This document shows positions 1 through 7,647 of a stretch of 43,303 bases of DNA, piece after piece. The notes beneath the pieces are model-generated. The model did no database searches, was not told where the DNA came from, and saw nothing but the letters and a program-made list of their open reading frames with translations. Source of the DNA: a virus (lineage: Duplodnaviria > Caudoviricetes); IMG/VR virus record IMGVR_UViG_3300025635_000039, positions 1 through 43,303 of that record. The stretch is one strand, 5' to 3'. Position 1 is the first letter of the stretch, and each line of letters opens with the position of its first letter. A program made the translations under genes and the position numbers.

Positions 1-1
1 T

Positions 2-127
2 GGTAAGGTATGGGCTACATGGCGGGAATGGATGAAGATGGGGAAAGAAGATTCAATGCTAGGAAGACCTGAACCACGTTTCCCAAACCAACCCGATTAC
101 ATGGCGGGATACAACCATAAGAAAAGA
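2..127. repeat. Terminal direct repeat, copy 1 (126 bp; probable circular-assembly overlap)
   Basis: 2-127 is identical to 43178-43303. Base 1 (T) differs from 43177 (C), a synonymous Asn codon difference in the ORF spanning the junction. Confidence 0.93.
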
Positions 128-155
128 ACTACCCCAACCAAAGGAGAATGACGCT

Positions 156-338
156 ATGAACCTTTTCTACTCAAGAAACACACTAGGCCTTCGAGGTATC
201 AGACGCTCACAACGGTCTGTACTGGGTGGCTGGCAGAATTGCACAGCGATTTACTTACCGTTGGTTTCAATCATCATCACCTATGGCCCAATCACACCCA
301 ATATCAAAACTACACCACGAATGAGGAGACAAGCATGA
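156..338 (+). CDS. Small early hypothetical protein
   Basis: 60-aa ORF with AAGGAG RBS at ~141-146; stop overlaps the next ATG (ATGA). Confidence 0.55.
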   Translation: MNLFYSRNTLGLRGIRRSQRSVLGGWQNCTAIYLPLVSIIITYGPITPNIKTTPRMRRQA

Positions 339-490
339 AGAGCTTTAGCCTAGGTAGCAAGGTAGTCAATCGCAACGGTGAAACCGGCGAAGTAGTGGAA
401 CTCCTCTCGCCATTCTTCGTAGCGGTGTATTGGTATGAGGCAGACAGGGAAACGCGGTGTGATATTGGCACACTAGAAAGGAAGGGATAG
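335..490 (+). CDS. Small early hypothetical protein (51 aa, MKSFSLGSKVV...)
   Basis: GAGGAG RBS before ATG 335; start trimmed from the ORF track. Confidence 0.65.
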   Translation: MKSFSLGSKVVNRNGETGEVVELLSPFFVAVYWYEADRETRCDIGTLERKG

Positions 491-493
491 GCC

Positions 494-1111
494 ATGGAGA
501 CCATCACGTACAAAAGGTGCACCATTAAGCTAGTGCAGGACGAAGACCCTGAAAGCCCTAGGGAGTGGAACAACGTAGGGGAAATCCTTTATACCTCTTC
601 CCGCTATAACTTAGGAGATCGGCGGACCACCTCAGAGGAAATTAGGGAGATTACCCAGCGCAAAGACGTTGTATACCTTCCAGTGTATGCCTACATTCAC
701 AGTGGGATAGCCTTACGCACTGGGCCTTTCGGGTGCCCTTGGGATAGCGGACAATGCGGGATTATCTGGTGTACGAAAGAGAAAGCGGTAAAGGAGTGGG
801 GAAAGAAGCGATTCACAAAAGCAGTCAGGAAGAAAGCGGAGCAATGCTTAGAGGGGGAAATCAAAACGCTTGATAGCTACTTCCGAGGGGATATTGTCGG
901 GTTTATTGCTGAGAATCCAGACGGCGAAGAAATCGACTCTTGCTGGGGTTTCTATCCCGATGATAGCAGGGGATATAGCAAACGCTGGGAGTACCCGATT
1001 GAAGAGGCAAAAGCTAGCATAGACCACTGGCGAGAGAAACGCACAAAGGAACTGAGAGAAGAACGGAGAATCACCCGCTCTAAGCGGGAACAACACATGG
1101 CATTGGCTTAG
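494..1111 (+). CDS. Early phage protein of unknown function
   Basis: 205-aa ORF with RBS; motifs DPESPREW, HSG, WDSGQCG and DSCWGFY resemble a recurrent early phage family (recollection). Confidence 0.75.
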   Translation: METITYKRCTIKLVQDEDPESPREWNNVGEILYTSSRYNLGDRRTTSEEIREITQRKDVVYLPVYAYIHSGIALRTGPFGCPWDSGQCGIIWCTKEKAVKEWGKKRFTKAVRKKAEQCLEGEIKTLDSYFRGDIVGFIAENPDGEEIDSCWGFYPDDSRGYSKRWEYPIEEAKASIDHWREKRTKELREERRITRSKREQHMALA

Positions 1112-1126
1112 GTCAAAGAGGATAAC

Positions 1127-1240
1127 ATGAAACCTAACACACACCAGACGGACAACCTAGATGCAATCCTAGGCATTACTCGCGGGTTAGCCTTGGGGTT
1201 TGTTCTATGGGTACTTCTGATCAGTTTTTTATGCTTGTAA
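1127..1240 (+). CDS. 37-aa single-TM membrane peptide (MKPNTHQTDNLDAILGITRGLALGFVLWVLLISFLCL)
   Basis: AGAGGA RBS; hydrophobic C-terminus; below the ORF-track cutoff and translated by hand. Confidence 0.55.
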   Translation: MKPNTHQTDNLDAILGITRGLALGFVLWVLLISFLCL

Positions 1241-1267
1241 CCTTCCATGTATAGAAAGGATCTACCC

Positions 1268-1906
1268 ATGAAAACCTACCAATTTACAGTAGAGCGGCAT
1301 GAAGACTACGGCACACTAGGGTTTAAACCTAAGTGGTACCCTGAAGGCGAACCTTTAGTAGGAATGACAGTGGCACATGACATTCTAGAGCATTTCCCAC
1401 ATGACGACGGGAAAGCAGAGGGGGAGTTTCTCGCCTTGGGTGCTGCTCTTTGGATACGCGGGAACGGGGGACTATTCAGCAACAGCAGTCCTGAAGAGAA
1501 TATTGCCGCCGATCTTCCTCAGGTATGGGCGCATCACGTATACCGCGACAGGCGGACATCACTGAAACCGTGCGGGGTATCTCATGACGAAAGGCTCATG
1601 GATCAATGCCGTGAAATTGTGCGGATTGCCATGAATGAATTTAGACACCGAGAAGAGGAAATCCAGCCTAGTGAAGAGAATCAGGAAGGCATAGCACGGT
1701 GGATAGCGCGCGGATACATGAAAGCTTCACGGCGATACGGGCGCATAGGGGCCTGTATGGTAGCGTGGGATTTGTTCAGGCCGATTCAAGAGCAAGCAGA
1801 CAGGGTACTGAAGTATGCAGAGGAAGGAATGATCCTCAACGTAAAAATCAGCCTAAAGAATAGGTCTGTCAAGGTGGCTTGCGATTATCCAGCGGATTTT
1901 TATTAA
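1268..1906 (+). CDS. Early hypothetical protein with HDILEH possible metal-binding motif
   Basis: AAAGGA RBS before ATG 1268; 212 aa. Confidence 0.7.
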   Translation: MKTYQFTVERHEDYGTLGFKPKWYPEGEPLVGMTVAHDILEHFPHDDGKAEGEFLALGAALWIRGNGGLFSNSSPEENIAADLPQVWAHHVYRDRRTSLKPCGVSHDERLMDQCREIVRIAMNEFRHREEEIQPSEENQEGIARWIARGYMKASRRYGRIGACMVAWDLFRPIQEQADRVLKYAEEGMILNVKISLKNRSVKVACDYPADFY

Positions 1907-1939
1907 CCTGATTCTTCCACACATAGAAAGGATCTACCT

Positions 1940-2689
1940 GTGAAACACAACGGGTTTGTATTTTATGATGGGCCTAGCATGCTTGATGGGAAACCGATTC
2001 TAGGCATTGCAACGGGATTGAAACAGACGCGGACAAACACGAAGACAGGTGCAATGATACAGACCTACATACTCCGCAAGGAAGAAAACCCAGTGATAGC
2101 ACATAAGCGGGGGTTAGATGCTAGTGTGTGTGGGGATTGTCTTCATCGTACCTTGGGGACATGTTATGTACGACTAGAGAACGGTCCTCTACAAGTGTAC
2201 AGGGCATATCAACGGGGGGGATATCCGCATCTTACCCTGCAAGAATCCCGCACACTACTTGTCGGACGTATCGTGAGATTAGGGGCATACGGAGACCCCG
2301 CAGCTATCCCTTTTGCAACGTGGGAAACCATCCTAGACTGTGCACATAACTGGACGGGATACACACACCAATGGAAAGCAGAACCTTTTGCTCCCTTCCA
2401 GCGTTTCACTATGGCGTCATGTGATACAGATGCAGAGTATCAAGAGGCAAAGGCTTTAGGTTGGCGAGCTTTCTATGTGGTACCTCAGGGTTACTCAGGG
2501 AAACCCCAAGGGGCCTTTTTGTGCCCCGCATCGGAGCAAGCGGGGAAAAAACTAACCTGTATCGATTGCACAGCATGCAATGGCACACAGGGGAAAGCTA
2601 CTGCATCGGTCTTTATTCCAGTGCATGGAGTAGGCTTTAAGCAAACCCGCTTTTCTAATCTCATACAAATAGGGAAAGCTTCGCACTAA
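1940..2689 (+). CDS. Cys-rich, probable Fe-S (radical-SAM-like / Gp88-like) phage protein
   Basis: CGDC-x7-CYV, RLGAYGDP, TGYTHQW and C-terminal CPAS...CIDCTAC; same RBS cassette as the preceding gene; canonical CxxxCxxC absent. Confidence 0.6.
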   Translation: MKHNGFVFYDGPSMLDGKPILGIATGLKQTRTNTKTGAMIQTYILRKEENPVIAHKRGLDASVCGDCLHRTLGTCYVRLENGPLQVYRAYQRGGYPHLTLQESRTLLVGRIVRLGAYGDPAAIPFATWETILDCAHNWTGYTHQWKAEPFAPFQRFTMASCDTDAEYQEAKALGWRAFYVVPQGYSGKPQGAFLCPASEQAGKKLTCIDCTACNGTQGKATASVFIPVHGVGFKQTRFSNLIQIGKASH

Positions 2690-2717
2690 TGCGCCCATAT
2701 GTGGGAAGGATGATATC

Positions 2718-2879
2718 ATGGAGCTAAATTGCCCTGTGTGTGGAAGTAACCAGACAAACACCTACCGAATCAAAGGTGGCTACTACCTTGTTGAATGCGT
2801 GAACTGCGACAGAGAGACCACGGTGGATTGTAGTGTAGAAGAACTAGCAGAGCGCATCGACAGACTAACCCACGCATAA
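2718..2879 (+). CDS. 53-aa zinc-ribbon protein (MELNCPVCGS...ECVNCD...)
   Basis: AAGGA RBS; two CxxC motifs; translated by hand. Confidence 0.65.
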   Translation: MELNCPVCGSNQTNTYRIKGGYYLVECVNCDRETTVDCSVEELAERIDRLTHA

Positions 2880-2936
2880 CCCTCTGAAGAGCCGCGTGGC
2901 GAAACCTGGCGGACACCATACCGCTAGGTCAGGGTT
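2878..2936 (+). ncRNA. Type I hammerhead ribozyme, predicted cleavage 3' of C2930
   Basis: AACCCT (stem I) - CTGAAGA - GCC/GCGT/GGC (stem II) - GAAA - CCTGGCGG/ACACCATA/CCGCTAGG (stem III) - TC - AGGGTT (stem I'); full catalytic core with a GUC site. Confidence 0.9.
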
Positions 2937-3014
2937 TTTTCAGGCATACATAGGGGGGATACCGTTTCCCGGTCCCTGTGTGTATCTTTAACTTCAACCA
3001 AGGGGAGGTGTGCC

Positions 3015-3314
3015 ATGCACTCAGCATCTTTGCGACGTAACCCACCACGCACAACCGCAAACACGCGCCGTAACCGTCCGCCATGGTACCTGTGGATGCT
3101 CACGGCGATCTCCTGCGGGGTGTTTGTGGTGGGACTTATCATCCTCGCGCATCGCAAGTTCTTCGTCATTGCGGCCATCATCCTGAGTCTCATGGGGTTA
3201 CCATCGGACGCACTGGCATCGTGCACAACCCACACAGTCTACGGGCCTGATGGTTCAATGCGCGTCTGTCAAACCTGCTGCAACAACGGGTCATGTCAGA
3301 CATTTTGTAGTTAG
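3015..3314 (+). CDS. Membrane/secreted protein with C-terminal Cys-rich mini-domain
   Basis: GGGGAGG RBS; two hydrophobic segments, ALA|S site, then CTTHT...CQTCCNNGSCQTFC. Confidence 0.7.
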   Translation: MHSASLRRNPPRTTANTRRNRPPWYLWMLTAISCGVFVVGLIILAHRKFFVIAAIILSLMGLPSDALASCTTHTVYGPDGSMRVCQTCCNNGSCQTFCS

Positions 3315-3476
3315 CTAACCGGGCGTAACGTGAAGGGTGGGCACACCTTATGATCACTGTTTTTACCGCTAATGTTCCATTGCTAGGAGAGATCTATTTT
3401 GGGTATGATCCTGTGGGTGGAAAGTGTGTGTGGGAATTCACCTCTGCGAAGACACTCGCGGAGATACGGAGGTCAT

Positions 3477-3815
3477 ATGTACAAAGAACTGGGGATACTC
3501 TCGACAGTACTGTCAGCAGTCCGCCTGCTCGACGACAACATCCCCGCGCAGACGCTCAGTGTATTCCTAGCCGTCGCCAAGAATGAGGGCATCGGCATTG
3601 GGGAGCTTGCGACGAAGTGCGGGTTGGCGGATTCATCGGCCTCTCGTAATGTCGCGGCCCTGAGCGATTGGCATTGGCTGAAACGTCCTGGTCTTGGCCT
3701 GGTGGAAGTGCGAAGTGACCGGATGGACGTGTGGAAAAAGACCGTGTGGCTTACACCGAAAGGTAAGAAGCTCGCGGAACAACTTGTCGCGATATTGGGA
3801 GGTGACCATGCCTAA
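3477..3815 (+). CDS. MarR-like winged-helix regulator (candidate repressor)
   Basis: GGAGG RBS; HTH segment IGELATKCGLADSSASRNVAAL and wing ending LTPKGK; directly upstream of integrase, as in temperate T7-like phages such as LUZ100. Confidence 0.8.
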   Translation: MYKELGILSTVLSAVRLLDDNIPAQTLSVFLAVAKNEGIGIGELATKCGLADSSASRNVAALSDWHWLKRPGLGLVEVRSDRMDVWKKTVWLTPKGKKLAEQLVAILGGDHA

Positions 3816-4830
3816 GCGAAACCTTCCTGATGGCATCCGCCAGAGGGGAAACAGTTACTTGATCGACGTGACCATCAAAGGGACACGGCGCACGAAGACC
3901 ATCCCCGCGTTGGATCTCGACCGTGCTATCGCAGAGCAGGCCCAGCTTCGCGCCGACATGCTACGGCAGGTCTCAGTACCGGCGAAAGAGGAGCGCGACA
4001 CCTGGACACTGAGGCAGGCGTATGACAAGTGCGTGGAGTTGTACTGGTCAGACGCAAACAGCGGGGTAAAACTCGCACGTAACGCGGAGATTGCCCTTGA
4101 GCATTTTGGCGAGGCTACACCGCTGGATGTCATCACTGATGAGAAGCTCGATCAATACGCCGCGTACCTCATGGCATCCGGTAACAGTAACGCGACGATC
4201 AACCGCAAGCTCTCCGCCGTGTCACGTATGCTCACCCTCGCGGTGAAACGCGGGAAGCTCGTGCGGAAACCCAGCGTGGAACGCCGCAAGGAGTTCAAGG
4301 GGCGTATCCGGTTTCTCTCCCACATGGAAGAGCAGCAAGTGCTCGGTACCCTGGCATCGTGGGGGAAGGATGAGCACGCAGAGGCGGTCTGTGTCCTGAT
4401 CGATACTGGGATGAGACCCAGCGAACTGTACGCACTGGTCGAGCGGGATCTCGACTTCATGAACGGGATCATTCACGTATGGAAGACCAAGAACAAGGAA
4501 GCTCGGAGCATTCCTATGACACAGCGTGTCAAGGAGATCCTGTGGCGACGGTCTCAGGTCATCATGTCCGGGGCGTTGTTCCCTTACGACAACTTCTGGA
4601 TGGAGCACGTATGGGATCGTGTGAAGGGACACATCGGCCTGGGTGAGGACAAGGAGTTCATACCTTACGCACTCAGGCACACCTGCATCTCCCGGCTGGT
4701 GCAACGCGGGGTACCCCTGAAGGTGGTGATGGAGTGGGCCGGACATAAGAACATCCAGACCACTATGCGGTACGCTCACCTGTGCCCCACGAACCTGATG
4801 GATGCCGTCAAGGTGCTTGAGATTGCGTAA
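3808..4830 (+). CDS. int: Tyrosine recombinase / phage integrase
   Basis: TGMRPSEL (R), KTKN (K), YALRHT, AGH and TTMRYAH (catalytic Y); GGAGG RBS. Confidence 0.93.
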   Translation: MPKRNLPDGIRQRGNSYLIDVTIKGTRRTKTIPALDLDRAIAEQAQLRADMLRQVSVPAKEERDTWTLRQAYDKCVELYWSDANSGVKLARNAEIALEHFGEATPLDVITDEKLDQYAAYLMASGNSNATINRKLSAVSRMLTLAVKRGKLVRKPSVERRKEFKGRIRFLSHMEEQQVLGTLASWGKDEHAEAVCVLIDTGMRPSELYALVERDLDFMNGIIHVWKTKNKEARSIPMTQRVKEILWRRSQVIMSGALFPYDNFWMEHVWDRVKGHIGLGEDKEFIPYALRHTCISRLVQRGVPLKVVMEWAGHKNIQTTMRYAHLCPTNLMDAVKVLEIA

Positions 4831-4844
4831 TCCGATTGCGGCCA

Positions 4845-4899
4845 ATGTTGCAGATGATGTTGCAGAGATGTTGCGGAATGATGCAGAATAGCCGCAACA
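4845..4899. repeat. Putative integrase arm-type sites, ATGTTGC(A/G)GA x4 plus one inverted copy
   Basis: Copies at 4845, 4857, 4868 and 4878 (degenerate); inverted GCCGCAACA at 4891; further inverted-like copies near 4976 and 5087. Confidence 0.6.
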
Positions 4900-4916
4900 C
4901 ACTCGCTGAAATCTAC

Positions 4917-4960
4917 GCCCGAGTGGTGAAATTGGCATACACAAGGGACTTAAAATCCCT
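4917..4960 (+). mobile_element. attP: attP core: 5' half of tRNA-Leu(TAA), not a complete tRNA
   Basis: GCCCGAGTGGTGAAATTGGCATACACAAGGGACTTAAAATCCCT = acceptor 5' strand, D-arm and anticodon stem AGGGA/TCCCT with TAA; no T-arm follows; adjacent to integrase. Confidence 0.88.
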
Positions 4961-4993
4961 GTATAACAATTCCCACATCTGCAATCGATTCAT

Positions 4994-5034
4994 AAACCCG
5001 CTTTGGATCACACGATTCGAGCGGGTTTTCTTTT
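4994..5034 (+). terminator. Intrinsic terminator between attP and the RNAP gene
   Basis: AAACCCGCT...AGCGGGTTT stem followed by TCTTTT. Confidence 0.65.
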
Positions 5035-5044
5035 GCCTAGTCAC

Positions 5045-5058
5045 TTCCACACATGGAA
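5045..5058. promoter_or_regulatory. Operator-like palindrome TTCCACACATGGAA
   Basis: TTCCA-N4-TGGAA; related copies at 1243, 1915, 7575, 11137, 16411, 24832, 42989 and 43109. Confidence 0.65.
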
Positions 5059-5101
5059 CTATCCACAGGCTGTTGCTGGGTTTGTCTCCGCAGCATGCCC
5101 T

Positions 5102-5124
5102 TATTGGTTGGACCTGTAGTTGGC
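5102..5124 (+). promoter_or_regulatory. Phage RNAP promoter P1 (predicted +1 G5119)
   Basis: TATTGGTTGGACCTGTA-G; core shared by five intergenic sites with T7-like -17/+1 geometry. Confidence 0.75.
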
Positions 5125-5146
5125 CCGAAACATCCACGGAGGGAAT

Positions 5147-7570
5147 ATGAACGACCTATACGCCCGTCAGTGTGAACTTGAAAAAGAGATGCAGGGCCTA
5201 GGGGCCAAGCGGTTTATTGAGCAGATTCAGAAGGCGCGGGAAGGCCACCAGGAGAGTAATACGATCTACGGTATGCAACTTGCCCAGCGGACCATCCTCC
5301 CGATGAGTCAGGCTCTTGAGGAGTGGGTGGCCCAGGTGAATAAGACACGCGGCACTCGCCCCATTGCAGCAAAGTACTTGGCAGACCTCGACCCGAAGGT
5401 GGTGGCGTACATCACTGTCCGGGTAGCTCTCGATTGTATCACCCTGCAACGGTCCCTACAGAAAACCGCTATCGCCGTCGCCTCGGGGTTGGAAGACGAA
5501 GCCCGGTTCACGCACTTCGAGGGAAACGCCAAGGGTCTCTGGCATACCGTCACCACGAAGCTCGACAAAGCCACGAAGCACGCTGGACACAAACGCCGCG
5601 TGCTCATTCATGCGATGAACCGTGCCGCTGAACGCGACAGCAACCTTGAGTGGCAACCGTGGTCGCAAATCGACAAGTACCATGTCGGGGTGCGCTGTCT
5701 GGACCTCTTGGCCGCAGCCACGAAACTGATTCGGATTGTGACCCTCGACCAGGGGAAGCGGACATCATCCACGGTCGTCGAAGCCACCGAGCAAACGCTG
5801 AAATGGATCGAGGAGAAAAACAGCCGGTGCGAACTGCTTGCCCCGGTGTTCCTCCCTACGATCATCCCGCCGAAGCCCTGGCGAAACCCCTACGAGGGGG
5901 GCTACCACACCAAGGCGGTGCGCCCGTTGCGTTTAGTGAAGATACGGAACGAGAATTATCTCGAAGAGTTGTTTCACCGGGTCGATGACATGCCCGTCCT
6001 GTATCAGGCGGTGAACGCAGTACAGGCCACACCCTGGCAGATCAACGGCCAGGTGCTCCGGGTGATGCAGCAGATTTGGGATGCTGGGGCGAACGTGGGG
6101 GAGGTACCTAGCCGGGAAGATGCCCCACTCCCACCGAAGCCGCATGATATTGCCACCAACAAGGAAGCGAGGATTGCATGGAAACGGAAGGCGAGTACGG
6201 TACACACGGCGAACGTGAAACTGAGAAGCCAGCGAATACAGATGGCGAAAATTCTCTACATGGCGGAGAAGTTCAAGGACGAAGCTGCGATTTATTTCCC
6301 CCATCAACTAGATTTCAGAGGCCGTTTATACGCTGTGCCGTCCTTTCTCAATCCGCAGGGGTGCGACATGGCGAAGTCGTTGTTACAGTTTGCAGACGGG
6401 AAGCCTGTGGGAGACCGTGGGAGTCGCTGGTTGATGATCCACGCAGCAAATTGCTGGGGGGAAGATAAGTGCTCCCTTGATGACCGCGTGAAGTGGTCGC
6501 GGGAGAACCTCACGAAGATCGTGGCGGTCTCGCTTGACCCCCTCAGTGAACAGTGGTGGACCGAAGCGGACAAGCCCTGGCAATTTCTCGCGGCGTGCTT
6601 CGAGATCCACGCAGTCATCCTCAACCCGGATTATGTGAGCCATCTTCCGGTCAGTGTCGATGGGAGTTGTAATGGGTTGCAAAACTTCAGTGCCATGCTC
6701 AGAGACGAGATTGGGGGACGTGCGGTTAATCTGCTGCCGTCCAAGTTACCAGCCGACATTTATGCACGAGTGGCGGAAGTGGCAGCGGAGAAAGTTGCCG
6801 TGGATGCACAAGCCGGTGACCCGGTTGCTCTGCAATGGGTATCGTATGGTTTTGATCGAAAGGCCACCAAACGCCCGGTCATGACGCTTCCCTACGGGGC
6901 CACGCAGTACAGCGCACGACAGTACATCAAGGACTACATTGACGAGCGTGGTGACCACCCGTTCGGGGAAGACGCATTCGGTGCCGCGATCTACCTCAGC
7001 AAACACATCTGGTCGAGTATTGGGGAAGTCGTGGTCGCGGCCCGGTCTGCAATGGACTGGCTACAGAAGACCGCACAGATCGCGGCATCCGAGGGTCTCC
7101 CGGTGAACTGGACAACACCAGTCGGGTTCCCGGTGTTGCAGTCCTACGTCAACATGGACAGCCGCACCGTGAAAACCAAGATGGGCGGGGCGATGATCTA
7201 TCACGTCTTGACCGAAGAGACCACGGTGATCGACCGACGCAGGCAATCGAGTGGCATCTCCCCGAACTTCGTGCATTCGATGGATGCAGCAGCATTGATG
7301 CTGTCTGTGCGCCGTGCCCTCGAAGCGGGGATCAGCCACTTCGGGATGGTGCATGACTCCTACGGAACCCTAGCCGCTGACATGGACACCATGGCAGTCT
7401 GTTTGCGGGAGGCGTTTGTCGAGTTGTATCAGCATGACGTACTTGAGGAGTTCCGGGGGTCGATCTTGGCTGGTCTCTCAGAGAAGAAGCAGCGGATGGT
7501 CCCGCCGTGCCCACCGAAGGGCAACTTGGATTTAGCGGCAGTCAAACAAAGTGTGTATTTCTTTGCCTAG
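5147..7570 (+). CDS. T7-like single-subunit DNA-directed RNA polymerase (gp1)
   Basis: DFRGRLY, DGSCNGLQ, RKATKRPVMTLPYG, PNFVHSMDA, HDSY and C-terminal YFFA. Confidence 0.97.
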   Translation: MNDLYARQCELEKEMQGLGAKRFIEQIQKAREGHQESNTIYGMQLAQRTILPMSQALEEWVAQVNKTRGTRPIAAKYLADLDPKVVAYITVRVALDCITLQRSLQKTAIAVASGLEDEARFTHFEGNAKGLWHTVTTKLDKATKHAGHKRRVLIHAMNRAAERDSNLEWQPWSQIDKYHVGVRCLDLLAAATKLIRIVTLDQGKRTSSTVVEATEQTLKWIEEKNSRCELLAPVFLPTIIPPKPWRNPYEGGYHTKAVRPLRLVKIRNENYLEELFHRVDDMPVLYQAVNAVQATPWQINGQVLRVMQQIWDAGANVGEVPSREDAPLPPKPHDIATNKEARIAWKRKASTVHTANVKLRSQRIQMAKILYMAEKFKDEAAIYFPHQLDFRGRLYAVPSFLNPQGCDMAKSLLQFADGKPVGDRGSRWLMIHAANCWGEDKCSLDDRVKWSRENLTKIVAVSLDPLSEQWWTEADKPWQFLAACFEIHAVILNPDYVSHLPVSVDGSCNGLQNFSAMLRDEIGGRAVNLLPSKLPADIYARVAEVAAEKVAVDAQAGDPVALQWVSYGFDRKATKRPVMTLPYGATQYSARQYIKDYIDERGDHPFGEDAFGAAIYLSKHIWSSIGEVVVAARSAMDWLQKTAQIAASEGLPVNWTTPVGFPVLQSYVNMDSRTVKTKMGGAMIYHVLTEETTVIDRRRQSSGISPNFVHSMDAAALMLSVRRALEAGISHFGMVHDSYGTLAADMDTMAVCLREAFVELYQHDVLEEFRGSILAGLSEKKQRMVPPCPPKGNLDLAAVKQSVYFFA

Positions 7571-7574
7571 ATAC

Positions 7575-7588
7575 TTCCACGCATGGAA
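7575..7588. promoter_or_regulatory. Operator-like palindrome TTCCACGCATGGAA
   Basis: Perfect-arm copy 6 bp upstream of promoter P2. Confidence 0.65.
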
Positions 7589-7594
7589 ACGATC

Positions 7595-7617
7595 AATAGG
7601 TTGGACCTGTAGTTGAC
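7595..7617 (+). promoter_or_regulatory. Phage RNAP promoter P2
   Basis: AATAGGTTGGACCTGTA-G, immediately after the RNAP gene. Confidence 0.8.
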
Positions 7618-7647
7618 CCGAACACTTAACCACATGGAGGAAACCTT

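Noticed and set aside
2-127. Biological terminal repeat of the virion DNA
   Set aside because: The 126-bp length fits an assembler k-mer overlap and it cuts through an ORF; end-associated repeats lie at 42.3-43.1 kb
4917-4960. Functional tRNA-Leu gene
   Set aside because: Similarity stops after the anticodon stem, with no variable arm, T-arm or 3' acceptor strand, so it is treated as the attP core
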